Source: Chiloscyllium plagiosum
Lineage: Eukaryota
Assembly: GCF_004010195.1 (NCBI RefSeq)
Contig: NC_057750.1
Location: 6,999,696 to 7,063,695, forward strand
Direction of reading: 5' to 3'
DNA length: 64,000 nucleotides
Below, in pieces: positions 25,876 to 37,159 of this stretch; the stretch's first letter is position 1; every line of letters starts with the position of its first letter. The notes below the pieces were generated by a model. The model ran no database searches. It saw nothing but the letters and a program-made list of their open reading frames with translations, and was not told where the DNA came from. The translations under genes were made by a program, and so were the position numbers.

Positions 25876-28662
25876 TCTGAAGAAGAATCATATTTGACTT
25901 GAAATGTCACATTTGCTGCCAGACCTGCTGAGCTTTTCCAGTGATTTCTGTTTGGATTCAGCCCTGGATCTTTAAAGTGAAAGGCCAGCATCTAGCCTTC
26001 CTCTGCTTTTGATTATTCATACATTTGCTGACTATGTTGTTGAAGTGAGTGTCTTGATATCACTTCTCAGTCATGGTTCAAACGCTGTCTTGCTTACTGA
26101 CTCAACAGCTTTAACCATCCCCTAAGTTTGTTGCATGAACTGAGTTTTACATATTCTCCATTCAATTGAATTGTCAGTCGTGTAACAGAGTTGCATAGTA
26201 TTGCAGAATACTGTGCTGCTGAGGCATGTAGTGAGTAATGGGTCTTGGTCCCAGTTCTGTGAACACCCTGTGCCAAGAGGAATTATGTAGCAGAGCACAG
26301 TTCAAAGCAAAGTGGCAAAAGAAGCAAAATGACATGAGAAACAGCTTTTCCACAAGTGGTTAGGGTCTGGATCGCACCCACTGCCTGGGAGTGTGGTGGA
26401 GGCAGCTTCAATCAGAAGTTCAAAAGGTTTCAAAAGTTATTATCTGAAAAGGAGCAATGTGCAGGGCTATGGGGAGAAAAAAGAATTTCAAGCAAATATA
26501 GCTTTTTCAGAGAGCCACTGCAGACTCATATGGGCTGAATGTTTGCCTTCTGTGCTGTAACAATTCTGTGAACCACAAGTGACTCCTTGCAAACTGTTTA
26601 GAACATTTAGTTAGCATAGATCAAAGTCATTGAGATAATAGTGGTTAGGCCTGTGACAACACCACATTAGAGTCACCTTTTTCATTCTCATTTCTCAGTC
26701 TTTCTCTGTTTCCTTCAATACCTTTATCTTAAATGTCAAGTTTGACTCAGCTTCAGCAGCTAAACACAGTAATAGTTTCAGAGTCAGTAACTCTTTGCAT
26801 GAAATCAGACACATTCTAAACACCCCTTTTTTCAGTAATATAATCAGAGAATCTTTTCAGAGCAACATGGGGACAGTCAGCCCATTGCAGTTAACTCATG
26901 CCCTCTAGTTCCTGCTTTACAGAGAAAAATCTTTCCATATCTTCCTGATCAAACTCCCAAACCTTTCATCTGATCCATTAGACGGTTATCCACTGAATAT
27001 AGCCCTGTCCTGTTAAGTCTTGATTGGCTCAAATACTGGGAAAATGCTCTTGATTATGATTTGGAGACAGAATGGAAGACACTGCTCGTGATAATCATAG
27101 AATCCCTACAGTGGTCCATCGAGTGTACACCAACCTACCAAAGAGCATCCTACCCAGACCCACCCACTTTCCCTCTCCCTTTGACCCTGCATCTCCCATG
27201 ACTAACCCACCTATCCTGTACATCCCTGGTCACTGTGGGGCCAATTTAACATGGCCAATCCATCGTAACCTACACATCTTTGGATTGAGGAGGAAACCGG
27301 AGCACCCAGAGGAAACCCACGCAGAGGCGGAGAGAATGTGCAAACTCCAGACAGGCAGTTGCCTTATGCTGGAATCAAAGCCAGGTCCCTGGCGCTGTGA
27401 GGCAGCAGTGCGAACCACTCAGCCACCATGCCACTCAGCCTTGGAATTATTGGGCACAACTATCTAATAACTTTTCTTACTGTGGGGGTGAGCAGGTGAG
27501 ATGGTGATGAACACTTTGCTTCCACTGGCGAGATAACTCAGTAGATTGCCCAGCATTCAGATTGTTAAGAGCTACCAAGCGAGCGATTTCCAACCAGTGA
27601 GAGGCTGGCAGCTTCTGGGTCCTGAAGTCCATTGGTCGTGCCTACATCTCTGGGGATCCAGCGGTGAGAACAAAATTCTTATTATTTTCTTCTTTGTTGT
27701 GGGTAGGGGACTGGCTTTCAGAAGCCATGCTTGTCTACTAGGCAGACGTCTGATTGCCTCACCTCTGCTAACTCAGTATGCAGGTGACCCAGTCAGGAAA
27801 CTAACCACTCTTCCCACTATCAGAGAGGCAGCTGACCGGCAAGTGGTGAGTTGAGAACCTTGAGATATTAATTGGCCTCTTGAGTTCTTGGCCAGTCAAG
27901 AGACCCATCCATGGACCTTTCCACCCAACAGTTAATTGCGGGTGAGAACTGAGAAGAGGATGAGTTTCTCTCCAGGGCTTACTTGCCCAGTTATTTTCGC
28001 TGTTTGCCATTTCCAGAGGGGGGTAAATTCCACCTGCAGAATGTTTCAGCACAGAAGAAGGTCAGTGAAAGAGCTGTGCACATTGTCTCATGTTTTCCCA
28101 AGAGCGCTGACTTTTAAATTTTATTTTCATGCATATATCCACACTCCTTTTGAAAGTTGCCATTGAGTCTGCTTCCACCAATCTTCAGGCAATGCATTCC
28201 AAATCATCCCATTTGCTGCATGAAAAGTTAATTGGCACCTCATCACTCTTTTCTGCTTTTATCTAAAATTGTGTCCTCTTGAGGTTGATTCTCCTGCCAT
28301 TGTAGAAAGAGATTTTCCCTTATCTCATCAAAATTATTCAATCTTTTGAGCATCTCTGTGTCATCTCCTCTTAAATTTCTCTGCTGTAAAAGAACAGTTC
28401 TATTTTCTCTAGTCTCTCCCCAGATTTGAAATTCCTCCTCACCAATAGTAAATCTCCTCTGTAATGCTTTCCCTTACTTCCTAAAATGAATTGACTGGAA
28501 TTATACACCGTGCTCCTTATCAGCCTGAACGTATGCTTTGTAAAAGTCTCACATTCCCCCATGTAACTGTATAGAGGTTTAGCAAATCCTCACTTCTCGT
28601 CTTTTGAAACTAGACTTGTGCTGTGGAGTGTAGCTAGTTGACTCCCTGACTGTCACCTCCAG

Positions 28663-28886
28663 GACAGTGATGAAAGCGAACGTTGGCTGTCCTCAAGTGA
28701 TGACAGAGAGGACAATGACACCACCTGGACACCGTACTGCAGAGGAAAGATTTTACAGCAAACTGCATTAAGCAAACAGAAGCGTGGCAAGATACGTAGG
28801 AAGAGATGCTGCGCACTCCAACTCAAGAAGAAATGTGTCAATGGTTTCATCATGTTCTGTCGTATTAACAGGAGGCTGTACATCAG
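28663..28886 (+). CDS. MEIOSIN: MEIOSIN coding exon, start of HMG box: DSDESERWLSSSDDREDNDTTWTP...LKKKCVNGFIMFCRINRRLYI(R)
   Basis: Acceptor cacctccag| and donor AG|gtagct; 224 bp, phase 0 to 2. DTTWTP and KKKCVNGFIMFCRxNR are diagnostic of the MEIOSIN/BHMG1 HMG box. Confidence 0.93.
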
Positions 28887-28889
28887 GTA

Positions 28890-29278
28890 GCTGTCCATCA
28901 GAGAGAATGAGAGTGTGATACACACCATCAGATAGAGGCAGTGTGTGTGTGTGGTATAGTCCATCAGAGCAAGGGAGAGAGTGTGTGATAAAGTTCATCA
29001 GAAAGAGGGAGAGAGTGTGCTATAGTCCTTCAGATAGAGGGAGAAAATGTAGTATACTCCATCAGAGAGAGGGAGAGAGTGTGGTATAGTCCATTAGAGA
29101 TAGGGAGTGTGTGATACAGTCTGTCAGAAAGAGGGAGAGTGTGGTATAATTCATCAGAGAGAGAGAGTGAGAGTGTGTGTGGTATAATCCATCAGAGTGA
29201 GGGAGAGAGTGTGGTATAATCCATGGGAGAGAGGGATGGATTATAATACAGTCCATCAGAGAGAGGGATGGAGTGTGA
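28890..29278 (+). repeat. Purine-rich minisatellite (about 32-36 bp units, gtccatcagagagagggagagagtgtggtata) running into the gap
   Basis: About 11 diverged units visible directly after the HMG exon donor. Confidence 0.9.
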
Positions 29279-29778
29279 NNNNNNNNNNNNNNNNNNNNNN
29301 NNNNNNNNNNNNNNNNNNNNNNNNNNNNNNNNNNNNNNNNNNNNNNNNNNNNNNNNNNNNNNNNNNNNNNNNNNNNNNNNNNNNNNNNNNNNNNNNNNNN
29401 NNNNNNNNNNNNNNNNNNNNNNNNNNNNNNNNNNNNNNNNNNNNNNNNNNNNNNNNNNNNNNNNNNNNNNNNNNNNNNNNNNNNNNNNNNNNNNNNNNNN
29501 NNNNNNNNNNNNNNNNNNNNNNNNNNNNNNNNNNNNNNNNNNNNNNNNNNNNNNNNNNNNNNNNNNNNNNNNNNNNNNNNNNNNNNNNNNNNNNNNNNNN
29601 NNNNNNNNNNNNNNNNNNNNNNNNNNNNNNNNNNNNNNNNNNNNNNNNNNNNNNNNNNNNNNNNNNNNNNNNNNNNNNNNNNNNNNNNNNNNNNNNNNNN
29701 NNNNNNNNNNNNNNNNNNNNNNNNNNNNNNNNNNNNNNNNNNNNNNNNNNNNNNNNNNNNNNNNNNNNNNNNNNNNNN
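29279..29778. other. Assembly gap (500 N)
   Basis: Run of exactly 500 N, probably a placeholder length. Confidence 1.
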
Positions 29779-31084
29779 GTGTAGGTTGTATTAGCCTAGG
29801 AAATATAGGATTACGGTAGGGAATGGGTCTGGGTGAGATCCTGTTCAGAGGGTTGGTATGGACTCAATAGGCCAAATCGTCTGCTTCCACACTGCAGGGA
29901 TTCCAATGATTACAAGTTTTGAAATTAACTTTAGTCCCAATCTAATTTAGGTTGTTGAATTGCATAATTAACATTTTTATTGGCACAGAGCGGATTTACA
30001 AGGTTTTTGGCAGAATTGGAAAATTTGACCTATGAGGAGAGATTGAATAGGCTGGAGTTGTTGCCTTGGGAACAGAGGGATTGAATTCTGGTGTACAAAA
30101 TTACGAGCAGCCTAGATAGAGCGATAGGAACAGTCTAGTTCCGTTCATTGGAGAATTCAGCAACCAGGGAGCATTGATTCAAAGTACTTGGTAAAATGTT
30201 TGAAGGATAGTTGAGGAGAAGTTTAGGATCTGGAACTCATTAATTGAAAAGTTGGTAGAGGCAAACCTCCTATTACATTTTAGATTAGGTTAGATTCCCT
30301 ACGGTGTAGAAACAGGCCATTTGGCCTTATAGGTGCACACCAACCCTCCGCAGAGTAACCCACCCAGACCCATTTCTCTCTGACTAATGCATCGAACACT
30401 ATGGGCAATTTAGCATGGCCAATCCACCTGACCTGCACATTTTTGGATTGTGGGAGGAAACTGGAACACCCGGAGGAAACGCACGCAGACATGGGGAGAG
30501 AATTTGCAAACTTCACAGAGACAGTTGCCTGAGGTTGGAATTGAATCTGGGTCCCTGGCACTGAGATGCAGCAGTTGTTACCACTGAGCCACTGTGTAGA
30601 TCACTTGGACATGCACTTGATGTTGTGTAACCAACACGATTACTAACCAAGACCTAGAAACTGAGATTAGGTTGGATAACTCATGCTCAGCCCATGTAAA
30701 CACGAGTGATCCAATAACTTTCTTTTGTGCAATTAATCTCAAATGATTCTGACTCTTGAGAGGAGATTTACGAAGCAAAGATGTCATTTAAATTGTCTTG
30801 AATAAGATCTGCAAGTTTGAAACAGTCCCTTAAGTAACACTTTAAGCCAGCTGTATTCCATGTTTAACGTGTCTGCCAGGCGAGAGTGTGGGGAGTGTGA
30901 AGGAAGTCAGCACAGCAAATAGTGTGGTTCAAAATGGATTCAAATGATCAGCTTGTTTTGGTGACCTGGGAGGTAAATGTTCTTTTCCAATTGTCTGCAC
31001 TCAAAGGTTGACCTGATTAAGTAGGAGGGTCGAGAGTTGTGACCTTTAGCAAATACTGAATGTGCTTTTCTCTTTCATTGATAG

Positions 31085-31196
31085 CATTAAGGCCCGTGAG
31101 TTCAGCAAAATGAATAACCGCATCGTGAGGCTGGACAGCTCATCAAGTGAAGAGAGAGAGGAGGTGCAGATGCCTGAACCCCTCCATCTCCTGTAA
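31085..31196 (+). CDS. MEIOSIN: MEIOSIN probable last coding exon, end of HMG box: (C)IKAREFSKMNNRIVRLDSSSSEEREEVQMPEPLHLL*
   Basis: Acceptor ttcattgatag|, phase 2. KARxFSxxxNRIVx..SSSE motif; TAA at 31194-31196, although ct|gtaaga could instead be a donor. Confidence 0.85.
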
Positions 31197-33962
31197 GACA
31201 CCTTCTTATTCTAAGACACACACAAACACACAGAAAAATAGATGCAAACACATTGCTGTTCCAGAACAGGAGGGGGCCATCTGACCTGAGCCAGATGACA
31301 ACATCATTAACCTTGAAGGTGTTGTTGGAGGTGGGAAGGTCTCATAGACTTGCAAGTTCAGCAAACTCAATAATGTCTTGGATCACCAAGACAAGTTTAA
31401 AATCCAGGAAATCATTGCGGCTCTTTTAAGACGTGGAGAATTGTGGAACAGAAAATTTCGTCAATAGTTAATACTGAATAGCAGCACTGAGAGAACATAT
31501 GGACATTGGAGCTCAGGTTCAGGTGGACAATGGTATGCTCAGTGAGGTAACACTGCTGCAACAATATACCTTCCAGGTGCTTTTGAATGTGATGCAGTTA
31601 TCGTTCATAGCCGGCAGATCATTTTTTAGTCTGGATGAAAGTACACCAACACTGCCTGTCAGGCTTGGCTCACGTTTGTGTTACAGGTGAGCTGCTGGTG
31701 TGACCCTGAGGGTACAGTCATTTGCAGAGTTCTCACGCCTTTATCACACAGCCTTCTGTACTCGGGGGTAGCTTGACTTCCAGTCGGCCACAAAAAACAA
31801 ATCTGTTTGAGGTCTCCTTATATGACAGGCAAAGATGTCAGCTCCTTGAAATTATTTTTACCTTTCAATCCTGGAATGTAAGTCCACTGTGAAGTGGGTT
31901 TTGGGTATTCTGCTGCACAGACCATTACCCCCACACCCATTTCCTTGTGGGTATTGTCAACAGTAGAACCACCTCTTCTTTGGCAACCAGTTGTAATCTC
32001 ACAGAGAAAGCAGGGGGGAAGCTAATATCAGGAATGGGTAATGTCTCGGAGGTTAGGGCTGGGTTGTGTTATTGAAGCAGACTGGAACCAAATTTAATTG
32101 GCATTTACGTCCGATCTAAGTTTGTGCAGTGGGTCAGGGATTTTTACTCAGAGCCTAATCATGCTTTACTTGACCGAGGAATGTTTGGTTCTGGCTCTGA
32201 GTGCCCTAAGTTTAAAAAAAGGATCCTAGTCATCATCCTAACCAGCACAGCATTTGGAACGAAAAGTAAACATTTTTCTGTTTTAAGCCAATATCATAAT
32301 TGAGAACTGATTCTTACAAAAGTACATCACTAAAGTATTCCACAGATGAAACAGTTTGCATATAACTCATTAGTTTAACTTGGCCTGTAAAATGTACACA
32401 GTGAAGGTAATTTATATTCCACTTGGAGTGCTAACCATAATTCAAGGTACTTTTTATTTTACAAAAGTGCAGTTGACAGCGAGTGTATGAATCTCTTGCT
32501 GTCAGCTCACATTGCTCGTTGTAACATACTCCACCCCAGTCTATCCTGAAAGCCCTGCAGACTATTTCTCAGCTGAACAATCTCACGCAGCGATCTGTCA
32601 GTTCATTTATGTCAGTGTAGTTGCACCATGACAGGAACACTCTGTTAACACAGGGTTGGCTCACTGTGACTCTCATCATGATTGTAGTATCGTGGCCGTG
32701 ATGTTCCAGGCCTGTCCCAGAGCTGGTTTTCAGGCAGGACCCCCAGAGAGGCCAGGATGAGGTAACACTGGGAGAGTGGGCTCTCTTCAGGTACTGAAAC
32801 ACAAAGAAAGAGTCAATGAAACACATTTTGCCCTTGAATCCTCACTCCTGACTTGTCAGCTCAGCCAATTCATATCCACTATAAAGCATAAAATCTAACC
32901 ATCTGATTATTTGAAAGGGACGTATTCATCACTATGATTCAGTATAAAACTACTTATTCTTTTTATTTAGAATCATCTCAAATGCCCTCAGGCACTAGTG
33001 ATTACTCAGAAGTGCAGTCATTTATGTAGCTAAAGGTGGAACAATTTTTGTGTACAGTGTGGCCAATGAGGTGACTGGCCAGACAATTTTTCTTTTTTTT
33101 GGTTGAGGATGGGAAGGAATATCAGCTAGAACACGTAAAAATGTCCACTCTGATTTCTTCCAAAAAATTGTGCTACAGGGCAATATCCTCCGACAGTGTA
33201 AAATCACACACTCAAGTCCTAGGGTAGGATATCCGACCCAGAGGCGGGAGTGAGCCTGCTGAGCCAAATTGTCATAGCGACTTCCGGTTGCAACAGTGAC
33301 CTTTTACAGGTAATCACAATGAGGTTTATGCATGTATTTTGTGCCTTTTTTTTTGTACGGCAGGGCTTTGCTAGACTGACGCCCCAAATCACTGATCCAA
33401 ATCCAGCAGTAGTTCTGACAGGTGCACTCCACACTCACAGAGCAGCAATGGCAGCTTCACTGAGGGCAATCACACTGTGTATTGTCGATGTTTGTCAATG
33501 AAAGAATGTTGCATGGAGGAAGTAGAAATTACGAAGGCAGGGAGTTGAGTGAGAGTGCGTGCTGCTGTGCTGATTTTTCTGGCACATGTTACTGCTGCTC
33601 TGTAGTGGAGACCATTTCTATTGTTCCACTGTCAACCTCAGCGTTGGGAAATTCAAGTTTCCTAATTGATTTGCCATTTGGAGGGTCGAGAAAATAAAGT
33701 TGCACATTGTCATTGTTTGGCAACATGTTAATAATCTGTTATTATGGTTTCTATTTATTGTTGTGGCTGTTAAAAATTTCTACATTAAATTATTGAGATC
33801 TATTTGAACAGCTTATGTTTGTACTTATCTGCTTCAGTGGGTTTTGGTTGGTATGGGACCGGGGTACACTGGTAGCTGCTAAGTAAAAGAAGGTGCCTCC
33901 ACTCAATGATTCATTGAGTGGAAGAACGCAGACACTAGGGCAGGGGTCTCTTCCATCCTTTT

Positions 33963-34560
33963 AGAATCATAGATTTGTACAGCACAGACACAGACCCTTC
34001 TGTCCAACTTATTCATGCCGACCAGATATCCTCTAGTTTTGGATTCCCCTATCCTGGGGATACAAAACCTTAGTTATTCACCCTATCCATGCTCCTCATG
34101 ATTTTATAAATCTCTATAAAGGTTACCCCTCAGCCTCCGACAATCCAGGGAAAATAGCCCCAGCCTATTCAGAATCTCTCTACAGTTCAAACCTTTCAAG
34201 CCTGGCAACATCATCGTAAATCTTTTCTGCACCCTTTCAAGTTTAGCAATATCTTTCCTATAGCAGGGAGACCAGAATCGAAGGCAGTATTCCAAAAGTG
34301 GCCTAACCAAATACCTGTACAGCTGCAACATGATCATCCAACTCCTATTCTTAATGCACTGACAAATAAAGGCAAGCATACCAAACACCTGTCAACATGT
34401 GGCTTCACTTTCAAGGAATTATGAACCTGCATTCTAAGGTCTCTTTGTTTGGCAACACTCTACAGGACCTTACCGTTAAGTGGATAAGTCCTGCCCTGAT
34501 TCACCTTACCAAAATACAATACCTCACATTTCTCTAAACTCCATCTGCCACACCCTGGCC
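33963..34560 (-). mobile_element. CR1 3' fragment
   Basis: LYRYLVRPLLEYCLRFWSP..LERVQKRFT..LGLFSL. Confidence 0.88.
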
Positions 34561-37159
34561 CTTCTGGACTTTGCGTGCCAGCTTTCCACTAGGCTACCTC
34601 GTACATTGAACATTCCTCAGTAGATGGCCATCAATAACCCAGGTTCTCAGCATCTGAGGCCTGTGAAACAGGGCTAGCTAGGTGCATGCAACTTTTCATG
34701 ATTCCAATAACAAAGTCTTGAAACCGTTGACCACCCAGTTTTATTTACCACGTATTTCTCTCTGTGCTGTTCGCACCTGGTAAATTTTAAAGATGTGAAG
34801 CTTAACTCCTTAGCCCCTCATCAAAGCTCACCACACCTTCTCAAGGACAACTAGGTATGGGCAATAAGTGCTGGCCCAGCCAGAAATGTCCACATTGCAC
34901 AGATGAAAGAAAGAAAATCACAAATCATAACATTAATGTTGAGATTTTCATATGTTTGAAGCTATGATTTATTTAAGATTAACTTATAGTTAGGAGATAG
35001 CCATGGTGCTTTGCATGGATGGTTATTTAACTGAGTGGCATGCTTGGGTCACTTCATAAAGTAGCCATTAACCCTGACAGCCATAGGGCTGCTCTCTCAT
35101 TAGAGAGAGACACAACCGGTGGTGGTTTAACCTGAGGGTCACCATGCCTTGGATGAGGTTGAGAAGGGGGAATTTATATGATCACCTGAGCCAGTGTGGG
35201 GATTGAACCTGCATTTTTGGTCTCAGTCTACATCAGAAGCCAGCCATGCATCTAATTGGCCCCTGGGCCACTTCACAGGACAGTTAAGAATCACCCATTG
35301 CAGAGGAATTGTGATCACGCGTGGACCAGAGCTTGAACCTTTTGATATGCACAGAGGCTGTGCAATGCAAACCAGGAAACAGTGCCTGAAGCTGACTTTG
35401 GTGAAGGCAAAATTCAGAGGGGAAAAGAAGTTTAAAAATAATTAACTTGGATTGCCCCCTTAAAGACCGCTAACATTAGATGACCAGGCACACTCCAGCA
35501 GATAAATCCCATGTGGTTGCCATTTCAATTTCTAAAGTTTACAAATGCTAAAAGCACAATGGGTTTCCTTCCCTAAAGGATGTCAGTGAACCTTTGGGAT
35601 TTTAAGGTCAATATTACCAACACCAGTTTTTATTTTCAGATTTACTGTTCTTTAAACCAAATTCAAGTTCAAATCTGCTGTGCTGAGGAGTCACCTCCAG
35701 AGCTTTGGATAAATCCAAGCGTCTGGAATACCCACCCAGTAACATATCCAACAGGAGGTCTTGTGGTGTAGAGGATAGCATCCCTAACTGTGTACCAGAA
35801 GGCCCTGGTCCAATACCCACCTCGAGACTTGATGGTCATGGAAGAAGGGCTTATGCCCGAAACATCGATTCTCCTGTTCCTTGGATGCTGCCTGACCTGC
35901 TGCGCTTTTCCAGCAACACATTTTCAGGTCATGGAAAGTGTCTCATGATGTGGCCAAACAGGAGTCTCTCTCTCATTGCAACTCCCAGGAATCTCAGGGA
36001 GTCTCTCTCTCATTGCAACTCCCAGGTCATTTCCTCAGCCCTGAAGCTCTTCAACCATGTCCTGAAACAAACTCGGTATCACAGGGTCATGGAAAGTGTC
36101 TCATGATGTGGCCAAACAGCTTAATAATCAGTTGATAGAACTTTGTGACACACCAGTGGCAGACAGCCAAAGAGTTGGACAGAACCATGTAGAAGCTGCA
36201 ACACAACCGCCTCCCCATGTGCAGACTGTTGCTGTGACTAATATCATCCTCATTCTAAGGGCCTGCCATGCACATGCACACACACACACACCCCCCGACA
36301 TTCTCACACGTATTACCATGAGGTCCATAGTTGTTCGTCTGAGCAACGTGCATTCCCTGTGCAATGTAGGCAAGGCGTGGCAGAGTTACAGGAAGAGTTC
36401 AATGTATGTGCACACAATGAAGACTAATCCTTGTCTCGTTTCCATAAAATGGATATTGTTGAGAAAGGTTCACATCTGGCTTCTAGGTCCCAACTAGGTC
36501 AGAAGATAGAAAGGAAGGAAACATGCCTTCTTGGTCACTGGTCTTAAAAGATCCTGTGGCTTTTCAGGCTGACACAGGCTGCCTGAAGCAGACTTTGGCG
36601 AAGGCAAATTCAGTGAGGAAAAAGTTTAAAAATAATTAACTCCAACCTCCCCCTTTACGACTGCTAGCAGCAAATGAACAGGCATACTCCAGCAGATAAA
36701 TTCCATGTGGTTGGCATTTTAATCTCTAAAGACTGCAAATGCAACCACCAAGAGGAAAAGTCTGTGGTTTCTTTGTGTGACAGAAGGAGATTATATTTGA
36801 AGGGTTTGGTTGAGATGAGGAGAAATGACTGAGGCAGCCACTATAGTTGTCATTCGAATGGTGGAATAAGATAGCTGTCTAGAATTCATTCCAACTTTCC
36901 ATGCAGTGTATGGTTCCAGTATTCATACCCATTCTTTGTGCAGTGCCCTGAGGAGTGAGTGCTTGCAGAGTGCAGCCTCACTCAATTCTGTTTTCCTGCA
37001 TTTTCCAGTAGGGATCATTTTTATCTGCAACAGGTTTGGGTACTCCAGGTTGCCAACCTTCCAAGTTTGCCCTGATGCCTCCAGGAATCAAAGATTAATC
37101 TCCAGGATTCTGTTCACAAGCAAAATCTGGGATAAACATCACGAAGGGGTGTATGGTTA

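Noticed and set aside
29197..29819. ORFs of 183-195 aa in the track
   Set aside because: They consist of X residues read through the N gap.
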